The notes below the pieces were generated by a model. That model was not told where the DNA came from. It was given only the letters and a program-made list of their open reading frames with translations, and searched no databases. A stretch of 32,000 nucleotides of DNA from Pirellula staleyi DSM 6068 (lineage in GTDB: Bacteria; Planctomycetota; Planctomycetia; Pirellulales; Pirellulaceae), in the NCBI GenBank assembly GCA_000025185.1, contig CP001848.1, positions 2,250,001 through 2,282,000 of the forward strand. Direction: 5' to 3'. Below, in pieces: positions 17,380-25,700 of this stretch (within the stretch, counting starts at the first letter, position 1; each line of letters begins with the position of its first letter). The position numbers and the translations under genes were made by a program.

Positions 17380-19590
17380 CTAAAGCCCGCGGCTGAGCTG
17401 AAACGTCTTGCTAAACAGACGCCAAAGCCGTCGCGCGATCGTTTCGGAATCAACGCGAATTCGAGCTTTCCCCGTCGCGTAGGGGAGCACACGTAGCGAG
17501 CTCTGCAGCTCGATTCGGACTTGATACTTCGCTTCGCTCGACACTTCGTCGGACTCGAGCAGCGAGTTAGTCATCGCTGATGGTGTCGCACTCTCCGACG
17601 CTTTGGCGATATCGATAATCGTCCCCTCGACGGCGATCGATTCTTCTTGAAACACGATTACCGCCACCGACTGTCCAATGCGCACTTGCTCCAGATCCGA
17701 TTCAGCCAGGACAGCAGTCGCTTCGAGCTTCGTGGGGTCCCCGACTTCGCAAAGCAACGTCCCTTGGTCCAAATAGCTGCCGATGTTCTCGGGGTCGAGT
17801 GGTGTACCGTACCAGGTGGTTAAGGCCAGCTTCGTGACCTCTCGTTTCGCGCGTCCCGGAGCGAGCACGACACCTTCGCGAGGTGAGCGAATCGTGAGGC
17901 GATTGACTAGGTCGCGCAGTTGCTCAGTTCGCTCGCGCATGTCCTGCAGCACTACCGTTTCGGCAGGAATGATGGTCTCCACCGAGTCATCAATCCCGCG
18001 CATCGTCTGCAATGCGTCGAGCTTCTTCTCTTGTGCCCTGGTCTCTGATTCGATCCGTGCAAGATCGAGCGTTAGCGCCGAGTTGTCGAGCTTGGCCAAG
18101 ACGTCACCTTGGCCAATAGTGTCGCCAGCCTGCGCCACCGATCGAAGTTGCCCTGCGCTCGTGACATAGATTGGTGTGGCACCTTGAGGAATCACCAGCA
18201 GTGGCGCATCGACGCGCGATGGGAGCGGCACCATCACGATGGCTCCCACGGCGCCGCAGGCGAAGATCGTCGAGAAAGCGAATCGTAAAAAACTAAATTG
18301 ACGTTGCATGATCGACTCGCGCCATTGCCGAAAAAAGGTCTGAACGACAGGGAGCAGCGTGGCACCCAGTGCCGCGAAGAGCAACAGCCCCACCATCGCC
18401 TCGATCTTCCACGCTCGTCCAAGTGCCGAGAGTATCCAGTATGCCGAGACGAGGACAAAAATGCGATAAATCCCCGAGAATAACGCGTAAAATGCCAGCG
18501 GGGCATCTCGCTCGGTACTCGCCAGAAGAGCTGGAGGAGGCGTAAGTCCAAAGACCTGTTGGGCGAAGATGGTTGCAAAAGCACGCCGCGATCGCTGCTC
18601 GAGATTCGGGATTTCGAGCCAGTCGGAAAGGAGGTAGTAGCCGTCGTAGCGGAGCAAGGGATTGGCATTCACGACCAAAGTTCCGATGGAGCAAATCACC
18701 ATCGCCTGGAGTGATAGAGAGTTAATCACCCCCGGCAGACTGGCCCACCACAGCAAACCAAACAGCGCTGCCAGCACGAGCTCCACATACATCCCCGCTG
18801 CTGCCACAGCCATGCGCTTCCAGCGACTCGCCAGGAGCCAGCTGTCCGACACGTTGCAGTAAAGGCAAGGGGTCAACAGCAATAGTTGCACACCCATCTC
18901 CGGAACGCGTGCGCCCATGCGCATGCAGACAAACGCATGCGCAAGTTCGTGCAAGGTTTTCACGAAGATCAGCACAACCGGCAGGAGCAGCAGATGCTGC
19001 GGCGCTAAATTGGTCGCGGAACTTTCGAGCCTTGCAATGATCGTTGGAAGCTGTGTTAACGCAAGGATGAACACCACGGCGACCAGCGTCAGCATGATCG
19101 CCGCGCATAGCGGCGAGAAGAACCAACTCACTAGCGGCAGCCAGGGGCGCAGCCAAGTCTCGGCATCGATCCCACGAAGCCGGGGCGACAGGAGCGCACT
19201 GGCAAGGCGCGAGATAGGCCACGCCTCATGCTTTTGGCGCTTGGTGGCCAGCACTGCTCCCTGACCAGGGAGTGTTCCCAAGACGAGTCCTTGTTTGTGC
19301 AATTGTTCGAGAAATGCCGTCAGCTGTTTAACCGACAGGATGCTCGGCGCAAATCGATGCGCAAATGCAGCCCGCAGATCGTCGATACTGATTTCGCCAT
19401 CCAGATGCTCGAAGACAAACTGTTCATGCCCCCGAAAATAGAAATAACGCAGCGCGATGGGATCGTGCACGATCAGCCACGACTCACCACCAAACCATTG
19501 TTGACGGCGCACTAAATCGTGGCGCGCGACCAATGGAATCGGTCGCTCGGTGGTGCTGGTGATCGGTTTGGAAGTTTGCGGCTTAGCCAC
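17380..19590 (-). CDS. Tri-domain fusion: PqqD/RRE-like N-terminal domain, polytopic M50 (site-2-protease family) zinc metalloprotease, and C-terminal HlyD-type periplasmic adaptor
   Basis: GTG start lies 2 nt after the upstream stop. Residues ~35-105 (19276-19488) read WLIVHDPIALRYFYFRGHEQFVFEHLDGEISIDDLRAAFAHRF...VKQLTAFLEQLHKQGLV, a PqqD-like pattern. HELAH lies at 18937-18951 in a TM segment (...VLIFVKTLHELAHAFVCMRMG). The second M50 motif is NANPLLRYDGYYLLSD (residues 308-323). There are about 7-8 hydrophobic helices between residues 150 and 455. Residues ~455-736 carry the lipoyl-like, coiled-coil (ARIESETRAQEKKLDALQ) and beta-barrel pattern of membrane fusion proteins. Confidence 0.88.
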   Translation of the reverse strand: MAKPQTSKPITSTTERPIPLVARHDLVRRQQWFGGESWLIVHDPIALRYFYFRGHEQFVFEHLDGEISIDDLRAAFAHRFAPSILSVKQLTAFLEQLHKQGLVLGTLPGQGAVLATKRQKHEAWPISRLASALLSPRLRGIDAETWLRPWLPLVSWFFSPLCAAIMLTLVAVVFILALTQLPTIIARLESSATNLAPQHLLLLPVVLIFVKTLHELAHAFVCMRMGARVPEMGVQLLLLTPCLYCNVSDSWLLASRWKRMAVAAAGMYVELVLAALFGLLWWASLPGVINSLSLQAMVICSIGTLVVNANPLLRYDGYYLLSDWLEIPNLEQRSRRAFATIFAQQVFGLTPPPALLASTERDAPLAFYALFSGIYRIFVLVSAYWILSALGRAWKIEAMVGLLLFAALGATLLPVVQTFFRQWRESIMQRQFSFLRFAFSTIFACGAVGAIVMVPLPSRVDAPLLVIPQGATPIYVTSAGQLRSVAQAGDTIGQGDVLAKLDNSALTLDLARIESETRAQEKKLDALQTMRGIDDSVETIIPAETVVLQDMRERTEQLRDLVNRLTIRSPREGVVLAPGRAKREVTKLALTTWYGTPLDPENIGSYLDQGTLLCEVGDPTKLEATAVLAESDLEQVRIGQSVAVIVFQEESIAVEGTIIDIAKASESATPSAMTNSLLESDEVSSEAKYQVRIELQSSLRVLPYATGKARIRVDSETIARRLWRLFSKTFQLSRGL

Positions 19591-19592
19591 GA

Positions 19593-20528
19593 TCAGGGAA
19601 CTCGAATCGTCATCTGCCCACGATAACCGGGGCGAAGCATTTGGTCGGCATTGTCGATCTCAGCAATCACGCGGACTTCATTGCTCACGGGATTCACTTC
19701 GGGACTAACGAAGACCAAAACACCTTGAAATTGCCGCTTCGGAAGCTCTGTGGCCAGAATGTCAAATTGCACGGGAGTGCCAGCTTTCAAAGCTACGGCA
19801 GCTTTCGCGGGAATGAATCCTTCACAGCGGAGCTTGTCGAGTTGCACGAGTCGAATCAGCTTCTTGCCAGGCTCGATCCACTCCCCTTCGCGACCAGTAA
19901 TGTCGGCAACCACGCCGCTGAAGGGAGCAATCGCCCGTCGCCGGTCGATGGTCCGTTTCGCGAGATCGACCTCTGCTTGTTTGAGCTTGATGTTGAGCAC
20001 GGCCACCGATTGTTCGTGCTTTGCTTTTTCCATGGCGAGTCGCGCCTCATCAGCCGCCAATTGCAATCGATCGAGTTCTTGCTGCGAGATTACTTTTTGG
20101 ATCGCAGCAACACTGGTCTGGCCACGTTTCAGCTCCTCTTCGGCTACGCGGAGCGTCTTCTCTGCCAGACGATAGGCCACATCGGTGTCGGCTGTTCGTG
20201 TCGCGATTTCGAGTTCAATTTCGGCTCGGGTGAGCATCAGCACCACTTCGCGATCGTCGAGGGTCGCCAGGATATCTCCCTTCTCGACTTTCATCCCCTC
20301 CTTCACATTCACGGCCGAAAGGATTCCCGCTTCAGCAGCGGGAACATCCACCTCGCGTACCAGACGCAGTAACCCCGAGACGACCACCGGTTCTGCGGCG
20401 CGTGCAGAGGGGGACTCGAAGGAGAGCGAGAGGAGGCCGATGCCAAGGAATACGAGAAGAGGGGACGCTACTTTTTGTTTCGACATGAGATGTCTCTTCC
20501 TGCGAATTGCTCGGCCAACCTGGGGCAT
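19593..20528 (-). CDS. HlyD-family membrane fusion protein (periplasmic adaptor subunit)
   Basis: N-terminal anchor or signal KQKVASPLLVFLGIGLLSLSF. Lipoyl-type segments GILSAVNVKEGMKVEKGDILATLDD and APFSGVVADI. Long coiled coil (EIELEIATR...LKQAEVDLAKR). An alternative ATG at 20486 (MSKQK...) is preceded by AGGAAGAG and may be the true start. Confidence 0.9.
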   Translation of the reverse strand: MPQVGRAIRRKRHLMSKQKVASPLLVFLGIGLLSLSFESPSARAAEPVVVSGLLRLVREVDVPAAEAGILSAVNVKEGMKVEKGDILATLDDREVVLMLTRAEIELEIATRTADTDVAYRLAEKTLRVAEEELKRGQTSVAAIQKVISQQELDRLQLAADEARLAMEKAKHEQSVAVLNIKLKQAEVDLAKRTIDRRRAIAPFSGVVADITGREGEWIEPGKKLIRLVQLDKLRCEGFIPAKAAVALKAGTPVQFDILATELPKRQFQGVLVFVSPEVNPVSNEVRVIAEIDNADQMLRPGYRGQMTIRVP

Positions 20529-20625
20529 CGAATCGTTGCGTGAGCAAGCTCGTCACTCGTGCGTGTCGTGAGTTATCCTGGCGGAAATTGACGGAATCGC
20601 CGCTCCAAAACAAGGTGGTCGCGCT

Positions 20626-22605
20626 CTAGTAGACACACCACGACCGAACAAGCGTAATGAGCTCGTGGAACCAAACATACCCGATGGGGTAGGTGCCACA
20701 CTCGATTTTAGCGCGCACTGTTGCGCCGGGGCGTAGCTCTGGGAGCTTTCCGCTGATCGAGCCAGCGGTGATATGCACAATGCTTTGATTTTGTTCGTCG
20801 CGCGACGTTGCGGGGGCGATTGCTTCGACCACAGCCCGGTGCACCTGGGTGATATCGGTGCCGAGCACAAACGAGACTGCGACCGGTTGTTTGGAATGGG
20901 CCTGAGCGCGAAGCACATACCCCGCGCGACGATCGGGAAGGTCGAGTTCGAGTTGCCAGGGAGATGTGAGGTCGGCGATCGTCATCAGCAGTTCACCGCG
21001 CTTCACGGGACGATCGGCCAGCTGACGTTCGAGGTCGAACGTAACGATCGAGCCGCTGATGGGACTGTTGATTTTGAGTTGCGCGACCTCGGCTTTCAGG
21101 ATCTCCTCTTCGGCCTCGAGACCGATACTAATTTCCTTTAGCTGCTCGATTCTCGCGGCGAGTTCGCTTTTTGAACCAGGGCCCGAGGCAGGGAGATCAT
21201 CCCCTAGTAGTTGTGCCTGCGCCGAGTCGAGGTCTTCTTTCGTTTTTCGTCGTTTACCACCCACTTCTGACAAGCGGATCGCTAGCGTGGGGCTATCGAG
21301 TTCTGCTAACGGCTCCCCTTTACGCACCGACATCCCTTCGCGGCCTGCGAGTCGAATCACCACGCCATCAGCTGGCGCGAAGACATGCTGACGGACCTGC
21401 GGAACAAGCTCGCCACTCGCTTCGACTGTCAGCTCGGCTGGTATCAGCAACAGCGCGGCTGTGATGGCACCCAGGACGATTCCCAGCAAGGCCAATTGTG
21501 CGAGACGTTGTCGCGCATGATCACGCACCTTGCGACGGAGTCGTCCGAGCCATTTGAAGGGGAGCGATTCGTACTCGACCGCTCCTTCAACCGCACCAGC
21601 AACCGTTGCGGCGATGAGCGCTGCTCGTCGGCGATCGTCGATGGATGGCAGGCGCGAGAACCATTCGCAGGCCAAAATTCCGATCGGCCTTGAGGATTCA
21701 TCGTCGGTCGTAAGCGGGAGCATGGCGAGCGAACGAGCATGGGTTTCGTCGACGAGCGCTTCAGCCGCTTCTTCGACCTGCGGCGCGACATCGTCGTTTT
21801 TGTTGTCGCCGTACCAAAGTGTGTCTCCCGACCGGAGCACAAGCCCAGCCAGCTGTTCGAGATGTCTTAATGATTGGCTACGACGGTCGAACGAAGCGGC
21901 GCCGCTGATGGCGATCACTTCAGTGCGATTTCCTCGCGCTAGTAGCAGCGTCATCCGGTCGCAGTGAGCAAGTGCGGGAGCATCGCCGACAATGGTGCTC
22001 GCGACATTCTCGAGAATCAGCGATTCGTGCACACGCCTCGAAAGATCGAGGAGCTGTGCGGCATCGAGTTCTCGCGTCTTTAGCAAACGAAGTTGGCGGT
22101 TCTTTTCGTAGTCCTCGGCGATTTCGCAACCGGTGGTGACGAGCCGGAAATAGCCATCGACCAGTGCTGGCCGCGACTCCGGACGCTGCAAGATTTCGAT
22201 CACTCCGAGCGGTTCGTCGAGTACCACCAGCGGCGCGACGATCAGCAGCCACGGTGTATCGTTCACTTGATTTCGCGTGCTGCTTCCAGGTGGAACGAGC
22301 TGCGGTTCGTGGGAACGCAGGACGTCGACGATGAGCGCGTCGTGCTGGGCTCGCAGCTGCGAGTCGCCAGCGAGTGTTTGTTCGAGTTGCATCTCGAACT
22401 GGCACAGGAGTTGGCCTTCACGCACGGTCCAGACAGCACCACCTACAGCGGCCAGCACACCGATTAACTGTGACAGGAGCTTAGGGTAGAAGGTTTCAGG
22501 TGCAACATCCTCGCGCGCGAGTTGCGTGAGTCCATCGAGCACTTCTTCGATCTCGAGCCAAGCGGCGTCGGAAGGCTCGTGCGGATCGAGGTTGCCGGTC
22601 GTCAT
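20626..22605 (-). CDS. Two cytoplasmic GAF-like domains, one TM helix and a HlyD-type periplasmic adaptor domain
   Basis: The track ORF starts at a TTG (22698). I prefer the ATG at 22605 (MTTGNLDPHEPSD...). GAF-like regions span track residues ~45-200 and ~210-375 (21574-22566), e.g. ...GAVWTVREGQLLCQFE...PLVVLDEPLGVIEILQ and ...CDRMTLLLARGNRTEVIAISG...LAMLPLTTDDESSRPIGILACEW. TM helix LAQLALLGIVLGAITAALLLIP at 21439-21504. The adaptor region includes DGVVIRLAGREGMSVRKGEPLAELD, a short coiled coil and INSPISGSIV. Confidence 0.82.
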   Translation of the reverse strand: MTTGNLDPHEPSDAAWLEIEEVLDGLTQLAREDVAPETFYPKLLSQLIGVLAAVGGAVWTVREGQLLCQFEMQLEQTLAGDSQLRAQHDALIVDVLRSHEPQLVPPGSSTRNQVNDTPWLLIVAPLVVLDEPLGVIEILQRPESRPALVDGYFRLVTTGCEIAEDYEKNRQLRLLKTRELDAAQLLDLSRRVHESLILENVASTIVGDAPALAHCDRMTLLLARGNRTEVIAISGAASFDRRSQSLRHLEQLAGLVLRSGDTLWYGDNKNDDVAPQVEEAAEALVDETHARSLAMLPLTTDDESSRPIGILACEWFSRLPSIDDRRRAALIAATVAGAVEGAVEYESLPFKWLGRLRRKVRDHARQRLAQLALLGIVLGAITAALLLIPAELTVEASGELVPQVRQHVFAPADGVVIRLAGREGMSVRKGEPLAELDSPTLAIRLSEVGGKRRKTKEDLDSAQAQLLGDDLPASGPGSKSELAARIEQLKEISIGLEAEEEILKAEVAQLKINSPISGSIVTFDLERQLADRPVKRGELLMTIADLTSPWQLELDLPDRRAGYVLRAQAHSKQPVAVSFVLGTDITQVHRAVVEAIAPATSRDEQNQSIVHITAGSISGKLPELRPGATVRAKIECGTYPIGYVWFHELITLVRSWCVY

Positions 22606-22737
22606 GGTTAGCGGCAATTTCGATCGAGGTGATGTGCGGGAAGAATCACGGGCCACGAGGAGCCAAGACTGTGCTCGTGGCAAGCTCAATCGTAGCAAGA
22701 ATCGCTCGAATGGAGCAAGGAATAGATCGAAAGCAAA

Positions 22738-25700
22738 CTACGGTGCTGGCGGCAGGTACTGAAACGCCGGTGCTGTCTGCTGCATCGCTGGGGCTGGCAT
22801 CGGAGGTCCTGAGACCCCCGAAGTTCCTGGGGCAAACCAAGTTTGTTCGATCAGTCGCGACGAAGGGCCTTGCTGCATCGACGTGGGAATCGGCTGAGCC
22901 GTCGGTCCCTGCATGCTCGACATGTTCAGCGGTGCTGCTGAGCTCGGACGTCGCAAGCCTTCGAGCGTCGGCTGACGAGGTGCGGCGGGTGGCGCCGCTG
23001 GCTGCTGATACTGGGGTTGCTGATACTGCGGCTGTACCGGTGCATACTGCGTCGGGGGATTCTGTTGCTGGTATTGTGGCTGCGCTGGAACGTTGTAGTT
23101 GGGCTGCATCGAAGGCAGCGGCAACGAGGGCTCGTTGGTCGTAAATCCAAACTGCGGCTGAACGGTGGCCTGAGGTGGTGCAGCCGTTTGTGGCTGGACA
23201 GGGGGAGCCGTGGTGAAAGGACGAACAGCCCCTTGTGGCAACTGCTGCTGCATCGACGGTTGATACTGGGGTTGCTGATACTGTTCGTAGCCGCCCGGCG
23301 GAAGCGAATTGAACTGCGATTGGTTCGACGGTGGAGCCAGCGGCAACGACGAATTGATCGCGGGAGTAGACGGCGTCGCAGGAGCTGGCGGCAGCAGATT
23401 CATCGAGGCGGCCGAACTTGCGCGACGTTGTCCTTCGAGTTGCGGAACGCGAGGCTGTGCGACCTGTGGCCGTGGACCTTGCGATGGCATCGTTTCGTAT
23501 GGAACATTGTTTGGCGAATTGCTCGAGGCGCTGAACTGCGGAGCGACTGCTGCGTTCGATGGTCGACGTCGCGACGAAACACTCGCTGGAGGCTGCTGTC
23601 CAGTCGGCATAGCTGCGGCACTCGTAGACCGCGAACCTGGGAGTGGCAACGAGCTTTCGCTTTCGAGCTGCTGTGGCATAACAGGTTGCTGCACCACCGG
23701 CTGTTGGAGGTTTGGTTGCTGGAAGCTCGGTTGCTGTACGCGTGGCTGCTGCGGCGCTGCGATGGTCGGCGGACTCACAGCAGCAGGAGCATTGCGAGGA
23801 GGCATCAGGTTCATCGATGCGGCACCGCTCGGACGACGGACGTTCCCCATAGCAGGCTGCCTTGCGACACCACCATCGGGCGAAGCAAAGGTAGGTGGAA
23901 CATGGTTGTTGAGCGAGTTCTCATAGGCACGATCTCCCGCTGGAATCGAATCTGCGGGCAGCTCCAGCGAAGGTCCAACCGGCTCGGGCCGGCGAGCTGG
24001 TGTGGGAGTCGTGGCAACTGGTCGCTGCGGTGCTGCGGGTGCAAGCTTCATCGATGCGGCGCCACTCGGACGACGGACATTCCCGATCGCAGGTGCACGA
24101 CCAGGAAGCGATGGCGCTGTGCCTGGCGTGGCCTGCGGATATTCCGTGAACTCAGGATTGTTTTCAGGGAAGTTGAACTCGGGTTCACCAGCTGCACTGG
24201 GGCGTGGCGAACGAGCTGGCGTGGGCGATCCGGCGGTGTTGTTGCTGGCGGCACGTGGCGATGGTGGAAGCAAATTCATCACCGCTGCACCACTTGGGCG
24301 GCGGATGCTTCCTGCATTAGCCGTCCGTGGCTGCTCGGTCATAGTTGGTGCCGATGCTGGCGTTTTGGCAGGCGTAGGCTCGGCATACAGCTTCGAGGGA
24401 TCGGCATAGACAGGATTGCCTACCATGTCCGGACCTTCGGGATCGGTGTTCACAATGTTCGGCAACGTTCCGCCGGGTAGTGGTAGACTCTCTTGCGGTG
24501 TCATCACTGTCTGCGGAACATACTCAGGCTCGGCCGGAACGATCGTCTCTTCGGCGACATCAGCCGGTGGGGTCGGTGGACCGAACATCGGTGGCGCTGC
24601 CAAATCTTGCGGCGATGCTGCATCGTTGGTTGGCGATGGCTCTAGCTCGGCAAAATCGGGCGACGGAGTGGGAATCGATGGATCGCTGGGGGCTGTTTCT
24701 GTCGGTTGTGGCGGACGCATTTCGGTAGGCGACAAATCGGCAGGTGGCAAGCTTTCCGCCATATGCACGTGGCTGTACTCGAGCAGCGTTCCCTTCTCGT
24801 AGTGGATGTTCTTGATTGCAATCGTATGTTCAACCAAAGCGCGATAGTACTGAATGTCGGCATCGGCCAAGCGACGTTCGGCATCCAGCAACTGATCGAG
24901 ATTGACGGGCAGGTCTTTCGAGAGCTTGTCGCGCAGGATATCAACTTGGCGCTGGGCAGCAGAGCGACGATTGAAGCTGGTGTTCATTACTTGATACGAG
25001 CGAGCCAGATCGGCCATCGCATTGCTCAAATCGTGAACCACCTGACGTTCCTGTTCGCAAAGCACGGCTTTCTCGCGAGCCAGCAACAGCTGAGCATTTC
25101 GGACGGCAGCATAGCCACGTCGGAAACCAATTGGCATGGTCAGTTCGGCCCCCACTTGCCATTCGGCGAAATCGCCAATGAACAAGTTGCGAATCGAACT
25201 GTTGCCAAAGTAGCCCTGTGGATCTTGCGGATCGAACAGCAGGTCTTCATCACCCAGCAGTCCATGCCCCAGACCACGCCAGCGATAGCGGGTGGTGGCA
25301 TCGAGTCGTGGTAGCAAAAAGTTGCGCGACGCAATCAGCTCGAGCTCGCGACGTTTGATCGCTAGTCGCTGACGATGCAGTTCTGGACGACGACAAATGG
25401 CATCATTGGTGACGCCACTCCAGTCGAACGAAATGCGAGCGAGCGTGGGCTCGTCACCAGGGCGAATCATGCGACCATCGGTGATCGGCAAACCGCAGGC
25501 CAGACGCAAACGACGTTCGCAAACCAGCACACCACCAATGCCGCGGAAACTTCCACCAGCCGTGCCGTTGTTCGTGGTGGTGCTATCTTGCAAACGGCCA
25601 CTCAAGGCATTTTGTACATCTTCTTCAAAACGATAATACTGCTCGCGAGCTTGCGCTTCACGTTCGGCTGTTCCACCCGGCTGACCACCTTGATACATAA

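Noticed and set aside
22921-24303. RRPS/RRAS in the OMF tail as basophilic phosphorylation sites for the kinase encoded at 1-4669
   Set aside because: The compartments do not match. The tail of an outer-membrane factor is periplasmic or external, while the kinase domain is cytoplasmic. The two genes are 18 kb apart in different operons. It remains only a remote possibility.
23017-24480. 487-aa plus-strand ORF, the longest unexplained ORF in the track, together with 23309-23926(+) and 24002-24409(+)
   Set aside because: It is antisense to the OMF tail. The translation is Arg/Trp/Cys/Leu-rich with no recognisable motif, typical of open antisense frames in high-GC DNA. The minus-strand frame carries repeated conserved motifs and runs on continuously from a clear TolC-like domain.
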